Assembly: GCA_046563655.1 (NCBI GenBank)
Contig: CM102287.1
Location: forward strand, 2,170,001 to 2,234,000
DNA from: Yuukianura sp. NJ FZ-2021
Lineage: Eukaryota
Length of the DNA: 64,000 bases
Direction of reading: 5' to 3'
Made by a program: the position numbers and the translations under genes
Shown: positions 21,757-33,400 of the stretch, in pieces
Position numbering within the stretch: position 1 is the stretch's first letter
How the letters are laid out: each line of letters begins with the position of its first letter
Notes under the pieces: generated by a model
What the model was told of the DNA's origin: nothing
Database searches by the model: none
Seen by the model: only the letters and a program-made list of their open reading frames with translations

Positions 21757-23871
21757 ATGGAATGTGAACCGGAGCCGCTGTCAGATTCCATGCCGCTGCT
21801 GGAAGTAAACATAACGGATGAAAACGAAAATGGAGAGTCGGTCGTTTCGAAACCAAAAGCTGGGCCATCGGAATCACAAGCAGAATCAAAGCCACCAGAG
21901 GCTGAAGAACCCAAGACACATGATCATGCAATCGTCACTGCAGTGAAGTCAAAGCCGCAGTTACAGTGTGTAAACTGTGACACAGTATTCACGAAACAAA
22001 ACCTCCGAATTACAGAGATCAGGCATCCGGAATCAGCTACCGACAATAGGATTTCGGCAGCTCTTTAAAAATTGTCGGTTTGTCAGCTACCGAAATCGGT
22101 AGCTGAAAAAGTAGAAAATTGAGTCTTTTTTTTACTCCAAAAACGAAAAATTTCGCGCGCCTACGGCGCGGGTGAGTCTACAGCTCTTAAACCAGATTTT
22201 CTTTCACGCCTAAGCTGCATTTCCAGGCCTCGCGACTACTACATCGATTTTTCCAAACAGTAAATCGTCTCCAGAATTCGATTTTCTCAGTGTTTTGGCT
22301 CCCTCCGGAAGACGATTTCTATGACGAGTTCGACTTCCGTAACCGATTTTTCCAATGCTCTTTGAATCTGGAAAAATATTTTTCGTAAAAGTTCGTTTTC
22401 AGTACTTCACGACTCCAGAAGACTAGTTTTTTCGGTTTGTTTTTCCCAGAAACCGAATTTTCTTCGCGCCTAAAACGCGGAGGAAAACTTCAAGTTACAT
22501 TTTGAAAGCTTTTCCAACCAAAAAAGACGGTTATCCTCTTATCCTGCCGTTTACATCGCATCACCTTCGAATACGGTCATGTAATCTCTTTTTAAAAAAA
22601 TGATTTTTTTTTATATCATGCGATAAAATTCACGTTTTTTTTTCGGCTCCGCCATTTTTAATCAGCTACCGAAATCGGTAGCTGAAATTTTCGCAAAATC
22701 GGTAGCTGATTCCGGGTTCATTCCGGATGTCTGACAGAGATCGAGGTAAATCTTTTTCATAAGGAAAGTATAAGAATGTGAGGCTAATTATCTTTTGTTG
22801 TTAGGTCGGTTATTGTGAGGAAGAGGAAGAGGATAAAGTAGATGATTGTTCTAAGATGTATCTGGTGGATGCCTTGTCATCTGTGTTTTCGCCAGGGACT
22901 GATCGTCAACAGGCCAGTAGGGATGAACTCCGGGAAGCTGGATTTTGCGTTAAATGCGCCAAGATTGCATCTCAGTTGTACGGGCACTTCAATACCCTCC
23001 TCAACTTCTCTACTCCCACTGCTCCAATAAGTGAACTCATTCCACAATTCAAAAACTTCCATACGAAGCATCCAAAACCGGAGTCCACCATTGTAAGCCT
23101 AAATGGAACTGAGGCTGAGGCTGAACAGAATGAAAGTAAGGAAGAAGTTCCAGATCAAAATACTTCCTCTGTCTCAGAAGTTCCTGAAGACAAGCTTGAA
23201 GAAGCTGCTGTAGAAGAGCCAAACAATCAAGAATTCAGCACTAACTCTGAAGTGGAGGTGGAAGAAACTCAAATGGAAGTCGTCGTGTCCGAAGTAACTG
23301 CAAGTGTCGACTGTGTCGAGATTGAAAAGCAAGAGGAACCAAAGAACGGCGGAGGAGATGATGATGAAACTGAAGATGAAACAATTGAGAAGAAAGATGA
23401 CGAACCGAAGAACGACGGAGATAACGAAGTTGATGATGAAGCAACCGAACCACAGGATGAAGATGAAGAAAAAGAGGCTTCTGCTACTGACGAGGAAGAA
23501 CCCGTTGGAGTTGTTACGACTTCTCCAGTCGTAATTGAGCTACGGAAGTCCGCAAGAGACCGCAAGAAAAGCCAAAGGTTTGGGGAGGATATGGAAGTGA
23601 CGCCAATTGTTGGTGCCAGAACCAAAAGCCAGCAGAGCCAAGCGACGAAAAGAGCGAATGCTGGAGATGATTTTGTCGTGGTTCCGAAAAAAACGGACAG
23701 TTCACGAACACCTTCACCCGTCAAGGCTAAAAGTCCACAGCGCAAGGTAAGGAATTCAAGAATTCTGAATGTTTGAAAACTTTGATGATTTTATTTAACA
23801 CTCTTCTTTTCAAATACTAGAGTACAGCTAACACCAATTCAGCATCGAAGCGCCGTAAGCGCAGGCGGTGA
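21757..23871 (+). CDS. Acidic low-complexity protein with a ZAD-like CxxC...CxxC motif and C-terminal basic NLS; exon 1 interrupted by a MITE in this sequence
   Basis: Removing 22020-22741 restores ...LQCVNCDTVFTKQNLRITEIE|VGYCEE...GFCVKCAKIASQLY (donor 22746, exon from 22805); last exon 23821-23871 STANTNSASKRRKRRR*. The ZAD call is from cysteine spacing only. Confidence 0.7.
22020..22733. mobile_element. hAT-type MITE inserted in a coding exon
   Basis: TIRs CAGGCATCCGGAAT / ATTCCGGATGTCTG; perfect 8-bp TSD ACAGAGAT (22012-22019, 22734-22741); subterminal TCAGCTACCGA repeats. Confidence 0.93.
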
Positions 23872-24449
23872 ACAAGTAATCATCGTAGTATTCACTCTGT
23901 CAGCCAGTCAGCGTAGTTAAGTCATCTGTTACACGAGTCATGTCAAAACAAACTGGAAGGCTACGAGCGTCTGCTGTTACTGCTTACTTTTCGTACTTAA
24001 TTGCATGCTACTAACTATATAATTTCTTCAACTATCGTTTCTTACTATGCTGCATTTTCAGTTGAGTCTGTTAATCTGTCGAGACAGCAGTGCAGAAGTG
24101 CAATACTAAGATCATTTCATTTTACTTTTATAGTGATAGGGATACGGATAACCATATTTTATAATCAGTTTTAATAATTTTATTTCCATGAACAACCTTG
24201 TATAAAGTAATCAAGTAGTAATCATTGCTAACTTCCTAAATTAATGAATTAATCGTAAGTGAGAGTTTTTGAAGTTTTCGAGGTAGACCCGGTAATGGTA
24301 CGGTGGTAAGATACATTTTACAGGATTTTCAATTAAAAATTAAGTCTGTACTGTCCAACTCTAACTTCATTTGGGTTTCACATTCATGAAATTCAAGTTT
24401 TTTTTTCGAGCAATCATATGATTTCTGATTTCGTCACAAACACAAGAAC

Positions 24450-26890
24450 CAGGGTTGGCAAAATGACGTCATTTTCACGAAAATGACATAAAAACGTTTA
24501 AAACGTTAAAAACGCGTCAGAAACGTCAAAAACCTTTCCTCCAAAAATTAAAATTTTTAATTCTAAATTGCTGTTAAATCTACATTGTAAACTTGCTAAC
24601 TATTAGCTTATAACGTATGCTGTCAGTTCTCACTGCTGTTTATTCAAAGTCCCCTTCGTCTTCCAATAGTTGTTCTACGCCGACGTTGTTGTCGTCGTTT
24701 TCGTCATCTTCATCGTCCTGTTCCTGTTCCAGTGGCTCATCTGGAATATTTTGATCCTCCCATACCCACTTTAGATTTGATTGTAGTTGCTCCTTCGACG
24801 CTTTGGAATTGAGGTACTTGTACATAAATGTCAGCTTTCCCGCTTTTGTATTTCCCAATCGATTCCGCAATTTTGAACGCACAAGTCCAAATTCGTTCCA
24901 GTCCTGCGGTTGAGGCGTTTGCAGAAAGATATTGAGCGCATAATTTAAGCCACGGCTCCTGTAACTTCCCCCAGTCGAAGATTAAATTGGGAGAAAGTTT
25001 GACGGATCTCCACCAAGTAAGTGGTGCAGTAGTAGTAGTGTCTCCAAAAATAGATATGAAGGACGGTGCAGCAGCTGAGCAATGTGACATCAATATTGGC
25101 AGGAATTCTTCGTTAATTTCTCTCTCAAACGTCCAAATCCGATTTCTTGTTCTTCTGGAGATCTCTCACACGGAAGGTCAAACAGATTGGCCAAAAAATG
25201 ATTTGGTGTCAGGCCATGATTGCGACGGATCAAGGCGGTTTTGACCGTATCAGGTTGATCCTTGAGGTCAGTCTCCAATTGGTGCCAAATTTCAACGGCG
25301 ACTGATATGGTACGTAATTCTCTGCGCTCTGATGCGCAATTGCGATTGGATTCGAGACTTGTAGTCCTCACAGTTGTTCGCTAAATTGACGTCATAACTA
25401 GTCTGGAAATTGCAGGATCGATTTCATTCGGTGGTCTTGGCAGACTTGTATCAGAGCTCCCCGATTTTTCAAAAAGTTCGAAGTGCGCGCAGTGTTCCAG
25501 CGAACGGTTGAAGGTAGGCACAGTTTTTTCCACCCACCTTGTACCAGGCTGCAGGGGAGGTGTGTGTACTTGAAGTATTTGATTATTTTTGTTACATGAG
25601 ATGAAATGTTGGACATTTGAACATCGTGAGAAAGTAGGTTCAAAACATGAGCAAGGCAGCCATATTGAATAATTGAGATGTCTTCATTTTTTTCAAGCTC
25701 ACGGCGCATTTTTGCAACGTTCCCTGTGTTATCAGTAACGAATGCTCTGACGCAGACGCCCCATTCCGTTTCACATCTGTCGATTTCTTCTTCCGCCAAA
25801 GTTCTCAAATATTCGGCTGTGTGCGCATGTCCTGATGTGTCAATACTGTTTGTTAAAGCTTGATTTCCTTCAGAATCAGCGATTGATATGCCGACAATTG
25901 GTTCGTTGTGGACGTTGGACCAACCATCAAGACACATTGTTACTGGTTTTTCTTTAAATTCCGTTTTGCATTCTTCAGAAATGTCCATGTGCACTTCATT
26001 CAAGAGATTACCTAATTAAATCAAAAATCACCATATAACCTCAATAGTTATTATTAGGATATATCATTCTATTGGAATATTTTGTTAATTTTTTAATCAC
26101 CTGAATCTCAGTAATGGAATAACGTACCCAGGCCTTAACATCTGAATCAGTTTGATGAACTCTGGGTGTTCAGCATGTAAGAATGGCGTATTCGTAGCGT
26201 AAAAATAACGAGCCAGTTGTTTGTCAATCCTTTTCTTATACTCAGTTGAAGTAAGTGTCAGGGATGAGTCTCTCGAAAGTTTGATTTTCTGCTAAGCCAG
26301 AGCCTGAACTTCCAATGGTTGATTAAGTCCTAATTAATACAATCAATATTTAAATTCTGGTTGAATTTCGAACTGAGTTTTAATGTTTTAATAACATTCA
26401 TTTTATTAGTGACTATGACCTGCTTAGGTTTTACCTACCTGAATTCGGCATCTGCACCGGATAGGTTAACGTCTTATGTGTACTGAAATGTGCACTCATC
26501 CGTGACACGCCAGCATGTCTCCACTTGCAACTTCGACATTTAACAATTGGGGTACTGGCTGCTGGATTGGGTTCTAGATCAAATTGTTCCCAGATTGGGT
26601 CTTTTCCCCGGGGCATAACGATAAAGTAATTACTACACAATTTACGATTGACGGAAAAGTCAAAAACAAAAGGAGAATTAAAACTATCGACGACAAAGTA
26701 ACGACTTCTTTTGTTTGTTGTAATTCCGCTTTCAAACCATCAAACCCCACGGGTTTTACTTAAAAATACGCGAATGCAAGGTTTTATAAAAAATGAATTT
26801 GACAAAAAAGACGTTTCTGACAAGGGGTCTTGTCATAAACGTTTTTGACAGACGTTTTTGACCGACGTCATTGTCATTTTGCCAACCCTG
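24450..26890 (-). mobile_element. hAT DNA transposon, near full length (2441 bp)
   Basis: 18-bp perfect TIR CAGGGTTGGCAAAATGAC; perfect 8-bp TSD ACAAGAAC (24442-24449, 26891-26898); internal transposase fragments. Confidence 0.95.
24640..26616 (-). pseudogene. hAT transposase, frameshifted (BED finger, DUF659-like catalytic region, C-terminal dimerisation region)
   Basis: MPRGKDPIWEQF..VKCRSC..MSAH (BED-like); CLDGWSNVHNEPI, FVTDN, GCLAHVLNLL, VRWN; LTWW..ASTAGLERIW; SKLRNRLG..KAGKL; split over several frames. Confidence 0.85.
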
Positions 26891-27067
26891 ACAAGAACAC
26901 AACACAACATTCATCAGTGACTCAGTTTTTTCGGTGGGGGATTCTGTGTAGTAACTTGGTACCAGTTGGCTATAAATTCTGTTTTAATTTCAGTTTAATT
27001 GAAGTTATATTCTCTTCTCATCTCAGTTCCAATCAGCTGGTAATCAATCAATTGGCTGAGCGCAAAG

Positions 27068-28242
27068 ATGTCCATTCCCGTACTTCCTCCGCAACTGAAA
27101 ACGTTGAACCACTGTCTCAAGATCGCTTCCGAACATGATGTTCGTGACCCCGTCGTCGCCTATTGGTGTAAGTTCAAATCAATTTTAACTACACTTTAGC
27201 ATTGTAGTGGACATGAAACTCATCAAACGTTTGGTGTTGCAGGTCGCTTCTATGCAGTTCAACAGGGATTGGCAATCGATAAAAGCTCAGCAGAAGCAAG
27301 AACGTTTCTATTGGCCTTGATGGACTGGCTGGAGAAACGTAAGAAGGAGATGAAGGACAACGAAGCCATAACCAACGAAGCAGTAGCGGAAGCACATATA
27401 GAGAACTACGCCCTCAGAATTTTCAACTGGGCTGACGGACAGGATCGTGCTGGAATATTTAACAAGTGAGTGGTTATACACGACTTTTATTTCCATATTG
27501 AACTGTCGTTTGATATAAATTCGAGAATTCTCGTTAATATTTTTCAGGAACGTTATAAAAACGTATTACACTGCTGGAATTCTCATTGATGTGCTGACAA
27601 ACTTCAACAAGGGGGAATTGTCTGAGGACCTTGTAGGAACAAGGAAGTACGCAAAATGGAAGGCAGCGTACATCAACAGTTGCCTGAAGAATGGTGAAAC
27701 GCCACATCCTGGACCATTTCCGGAAGAAGGAGAGGAAGAAGATTCCGATTCCAAATTCGACGAAGCATCTAACACTCAACAGCCTCCTCAGAATCAGCAA
27801 CAACACTCCAACTTGAGCCCAGGAAGCTCTGCTGCTGGTGCAGTTGGCGGATATTGGCCTAATATTGACAATTTTACTCAGCCTCAGCCTGTACCCCAAG
27901 CGAGACCCGCCGTGCCTTCACCTACAACTTCCGCTACGTTACAACCTGGAGGTGGGTTCAGTCCTCAAGTGAATCCCTACTCACAAATGGAATCGGCACA
28001 AGGTAAAGTACAAAGTTTTTGTTTACAAATGTTTTACTCATTATTCAATTACTCAATTAACTTAATAATAAACGTTGCTCTTGATTGTAGGTCCTGCCAA
28101 GCTATCAATTGCGGAGATGACCAAAGCACAAAAGTATTGCAAGTGGGCTGTGTCTGCCATTGACCACGAAGATGTACCGACTGCCATTCAGAACCTAGAA
28201 AGAGCCCTTCGCCTCCTTAAAACTGGCCACGACGATCCTTAA
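27068..28242 (+). CDS. VTA1: Vacuolar protein sorting-associated protein VTA1 homolog, 4 exons
   Basis: Exons 27068-27167, 27243-27465, 27548-28002, 28091-28242; EHDVRDPVVAYWCRFYA, RKYAKWKAAYINSCLKNGETPHPGP, and the VSL region KAQKYCKWAVSAIDHEDVPTAIQNL. Confidence 0.96.
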
Positions 28243-28560
28243 AAACCGAAATCCTCAAATTCCTTCAATCTAACTCCTGTAAGATCCACCAATACCCAAT
28301 TTACCTAAACTGTAAGTCCTACATGCTACTCCTTACGTCTAATACTGCCGATCAGTTAACTAATAACTGATCAGCCGTTAGTTGTGCAATGTTAAAAATT
28401 GATCAAATTAAAGGATACAAGCTTTTGCCAATTTGCTACGAATCAAAATCATGAACAAGATTCCTAAATTGCTTTTGCTTGCGGTGCTGGGCGTTGCTTG
28501 ATGCTTCCAATATAAGTTGCTTATAGAAGTGGGCGGAGTGAGTAAGCGGTGATGGAATGT

Positions 28561-29276
28561 TTACTCGATCTTTTCTCCATTTTCCTTGGATTTACTTGCC
28601 AGAAGAGCATCTTGCCTCAGTTTTCTGTCTTGTTGGTATTCCACGACTAGGCGACAGGATAACATAAAGAAGAAAACCTGCGCAACATTTGATAAGATTT
28701 TTAATTTTTTGAAGACATTTTTGAACTTTTTTAAAGTTTTGATCATTTTTAGATTACCAAGGCTGGAGCAGTTCGTTCAAACTTTTCATCTACTAGTAAA
28801 TGAGAGTAGACGTTGAGAAGCGTTAGGACGAACAGAATTCCATTCATGAGTCGCTTTGCTTGAGCTGAAATTGACAACGAATTGATCTTTGACGTGGCCG
28901 AATTAGGCGTTTTGGAAATCTTAATGTTCCGGTACGGTTTTCTTACGGTTCGGAGCAAAGGCAAGTAAGGCTCCGCATACAATTTCGAGTCCACCGATTG
29001 TTCTGCGGTACCATTTTGACGGTAACTTGAACCCTAAAGTTTGAGCGAGCGGAAATATTTTGGCATATTTCACAAATTCCTTCCTCTGAAAATTTTGGAG
29101 AGGTCAAATCAGAGGTCAACGCTTATTAAGGTTTTGCTGCTTTCTTGCTTTTTGCTTTTGCTTACCATGTCTTTGTGAAGGTCTTTATTGATGAAGGGAG
29201 TAATCTTAAGGATCCCAAGGAATATGAAGAAAATTCCTAACAGGATAGACAGACTTTTGAGAACGATTTGGGTCAT
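28561..29276 (-). CDS. TMEM35: NACHO / TMEM35 nicotinic acetylcholine receptor chaperone, 4 exons
   Basis: MTQIVLKSLSILLGIFFIFLGILKITPFINKDLHKDM|RKEFVKYAKIFPL..KWYRRTIGGLEIVCG..DEKFERTAPAL|VFFFMLSCRLVV; canonical splice sites. Confidence 0.93.
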
Positions 29277-29473
29277 GTCCAAAGTAATCAAAAACCTCCA
29301 CTTATTCCAAATTAGTTGAAGCTAATTAACTGTTGTGTTTGTTGTTTTTTAGTTTTACTACTCTGGCTCTTTGAAATTGAAACCTCGAAACATTTTAGAA
29401 AACTTTGGAATTCGATTACAAACCGGAGACCTGGCTTGGCTCCGCTCTACTACTACTATTCTTACATGTTCAA

Positions 29474-29896
29474 ATGAAAGCCATCAAGCGACCAAGAGAT
29501 GTTCAAATGGACCGTGCTCAGCTTCGTAGGGGGATTTGCATTCGGAGAAAAACCCGACGTCTCCCGGCTTCTACCTCGACGGAACTACTAGTTGCCTCTG
29601 CGGGACATGACATGGGTGTGTGGAGAAAGCGACCGAGAAAGTTAAACTGCCTTGGAAAGGAAAACACAGAGATGCATGCGAACTCAAATGATTCTGGAAA
29701 AATGGACACATCATCGGCCAGCGATGCACCCAACTGTTACTCGTCGGCGACCTTGGAATTTGCAAGGACTAAAGAAAGTTCTGGTACACCGATGGTCCCT
29801 CTCATGATGAACGCATCCTTAGAACAATCATCTTTAGATCCATCCAGCAAGTTACTGACAATGTGTAAGGCCATCCTTGAAGGAGGCTCCTTCTAA
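29474..29896 (+). CDS. Orphan 140-aa ORF (basic N-terminal half, Ser-rich C-terminal half), function unknown
   Basis: ATG 29474 to TAA 29896; coding-like GC relative to the flanks; divergent from NACHO; strong donor AG|GTGAGT 4 nt after the stop. No family recognised. Confidence 0.5.
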   Translation: MKAIKRPRDVQMDRAQLRRGICIRRKTRRLPASTSTELLVASAGHDMGVWRKRPRKLNCLGKENTEMHANSNDSGKMDTSSASDAPNCYSSATLEFARTKESSGTPMVPLMMNASLEQSSLDPSSKLLTMCKAILEGGSF

Positions 29897-30473
29897 TAAG
29901 GTGAGTTGACCTGCATTCCTAATCAATTCCAGCTTCTAATTAACGCTTCAATTACCTACATTGGCTGCGCAAAGTTTTGTTATTAGTCCGCTATTACTAT
30001 TTTTGACTTCTAAAAGCGGGTTAAATCGATATTAGGATGTTTACATTGCACGACGTCGGTCAAAACTTTGCGAATTGTTGGCTCGAGATTCAAAAAATGG
30101 GAAGATAAGAAAACAAAATTTTGTGTTTTTTTCTCCATTACTTCTTGTTCTCTACAATTTTAACGTTAACTTTTTAACTAATTATTTAAATTAATACCTC
30201 TTATTAACCCTGCAGACTTACACTGATTTTAAAGTGTAATTACACTTATAACCTTCCACTTATAACCGAAAAGTTAGTAACTAAAATTGGGAGTTACACA
30301 ACCAAATGCACTCCTATATAATTAATCGACTGTAATTGCATTCCCGGTTTTGTTTAATTTAGGAAGCGGACAAGCGGAGGAGAGAGTGTTTACGTTATGT
30401 GACCTTGCCGAACACTGTGATTAGCGTAAAACGACAATCTTGAATCAAGCAGGAAAAGGGTGATGCTTTCTTT

Positions 30474-33400
30474 ATGTCGCTGCTCAACGTTACGGAGTGG
30501 ACAGTTCAACAAGTGGTAGAATGGATTGGAGGTAACGATTTTCGCACCTTTGTTGCAATCTTACTTTTGCTAATTACAGTTGTTTCTGATGATTGACTTT
30601 AGGATTGGATCCCACAATTTGCAATTATGGAGCGCAGTTCATCCGGAAGCAAATCAATGGTGCCAGGTTACTCAATTTGATGGCTGGAGACTTGGCACTG
30701 ATCGGGATAAACAAAGTCGGTGATCAGTTGCTCCTCCACGATGCCATTCAGGCACTACGAGACGTAAGACTTTTTCGTTTTTTCTACGATTTCCAGTAAA
30801 TGTAACGTTCAAGCGATTTCTTTTGTTGTTACAGGAAATGGAGACTGATAGGATCACATTGCAAACATTGGCCTCAAATCTTAGGTAAGTATTCACATTT
30901 TCAATTTTGTTTACTGTTTTTATGGCTCTCATGACGTGTTTTGTATTTTCCAGCGTCCGCTGCAAGACGTATCGTTCAGAGTTGAGTGATTTACCAAGGA
31001 AGAACAAAATTCCGACGCAGTCACTCTCAACGGGAGCTTATTTGCTGGATGCAAGCAAAACCTTGGTCCGATGGCTGACTCGATATCCATTCCTAGGTGT
31101 GATAGAATATGACGAAATCACGAAGAAGCTAACGAGGCATTGTTTCGAATTGGCTGTACTCAGTCAGCGAGATTTATTTGCTGACAACGCCAGCGAGGTA
31201 CGTTCTAAGTTTGTAAAAATGTGTTGATGTAACCACGCTTTAGAATTCAATGAGTCTTTAGCTTATTGTTTTGTTTTTGTTGACAGGAAGTCCAGTATCT
31301 CTGCACCAAAATTATTGAACTCTGTGATTACATGATCCACACCAAGGATTCGCTAGCATATCAGCCAGCTGCTATTGACATTGTCAATATTCGAAAAAGA
31401 CATGAACAAGAACTCGTAAGATTTCCAAGAGTTATAACTTAAAAAATGCTTTCAAAAGTTACACCCTTATCATTGTGTTTTAGGGACTGGAGTTCGAGAC
31501 AAGTTATTTTGGACTGCACTTAGTTTCTGGAGTAGTAACGAACTCCCCAGCACAACAATCTGGTGGGACACAACATTTAGATCGAGGTGACGAAATTCTG
31601 CAGGTCAACTATCAAACCGTCGTGGGATGGGTTCAGAAGAATGTGATTTCCTTGTTACATGAAAATCCATGTGAAGTAATTCTGACAATCAAACGACGAC
31701 CTCGTCATGCCAGTAACCTCCTTGGACATATGTATCTCAAACCAAGCAGGGTCCCTGTTCGCAAAATTGTGAGTCCAGTGGCAGAGGAGGCAGGGGAACG
31801 TGAGTTTAGCGAAAAAGAAACTATGAAGTTTCCACTGGCGACGACTGGAAAAGACGTAGAAAATGAGGAGCCGACTTCCAGTGCTTCTTCGAATGCTGAG
31901 GCAAGATTCTGGAAATTGTATCCCACGAGGCCGCGTGGAGTTTTGCGACGGAGGGCTACTGTCAGCGGGACAAGTCCAATCAGTACTCGACCACCAGTTA
32001 CTTTTATTCAGGTAAATCAAACCACAGAAACGATTTTCTGACGTTTTCGTGTAACATTTTTATAACCAATTTCATCTTTCATTATTGCAGGATGACAATT
32101 ATGCGCACAAGAAACGTCCGCCACTGGACAAATCAAAGTCCGAATCCAATAAGCTAGACGTAGATGACCAGATTTTAAAATTGTTCGTAGGAGATACAAA
32201 TGTGAAGGGCTCCCGAGTGACACTTCCGTTTATGGAGAAGCTTTCCGGAGATACTACAGCCACAGCATCAGCTGTGTCGAGCCCTCAACAACCGACGAAG
32301 TCCCCAGTCAAGACCAAACCGATGGATACTCTTGGGCGGTCGAGCTCGAGTGCCGGTCAAAGAGCAGGAAATCCAAGTTCAGAAATCAAAGTGGTCAGTG
32401 CCACAAGTTCTTCTGCTCAAGTGGGTGCTGGTGCTGCCACATACTCTGGCTATCTCCATGAACGAGCTCACTGGAAGTTTGGTCCACGCTGGAATAGGCA
32501 CAAGTCAAGTCTCTACAGGAATCTGCTTGTGGTGGGATCACATTCCTTTGAGATCAACGTAAACGAGTACAGAGTGGCACCAGCAGTCGAAGTTCATTCC
32601 AGACCATTTGCCTTCAAGTTAGAAAAAGCCAAGGAGAACCAAGGTACAGCGGCTGTTCTAAAAAAGTAAATATGATGTGAGACAGTTGAAGATTTTCATT
32701 TTGAAATGTTGCTTCTGCTGTTGCAGAGAAATCTGTAGTTTACATTGCAGCGGAATCGGAGCGTGAGATGGAGATTTGGCTGAAACTGCTTTGTAAGGAG
32801 TGTGGACAAGCATATCCGTTTGAATCTTACGGTCACTTGGACTCCGTTTCGGGTGGAAAGCTGTATCGTCGAAGTTTCTCTCTTCAGTGTAAGTTTTACC
32901 TTCAATTTACTTTGTGAGTCAGGGTGCAGATCATCATCTTAAGGTGTTAACTTTAGCATGGTCATGAGGATATGCGGAACATGAAAATGGGTCTGGGTTG
33001 AGTCATTTTCTCGATAATTTGCAAACTAAAATAGTTGCGATGTGCATGTCAAATTAAGTGAAACTTTAGTTGGAAAGAGACAAAGGACAAGAACAATGTT
33101 TGGATGTTATTTTAGCAACGGGAGCACCCGAGAAGCCACCGCGCCGAAGTTCCCTTCCACCCAAGCATGAGTATAAAGTGTCTCCGAGGTATCGCGTGCC
33201 TCTCAGGACTGATATTAAGGTCAATCACTACTCAATTGTAAACAGTTGAATTGTTTGGAGAAACGTGAAATGCTTGCTTGAACTGAACAAGAAGCAAGGG
33301 GCTTTCCGCCTTACTAACAATCTAATTTCAATGGCTTCCTGCTTTTTTTAGACAAAACTTTTCAAAAACTTGGGATTTTTAACTAACTTTTCAAATATTC

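Noticed and set aside
22020..22745. MITE acting as a self-removing (introner-like) intron
   Set aside because: The candidate GC donor with either nearby AG acceptor produces a frameshift.
23241..23745. Ser/Phe-rich minus-strand ORFs
   Set aside because: Antisense shadow of the Glu/Asp/Lys-rich coding exon.
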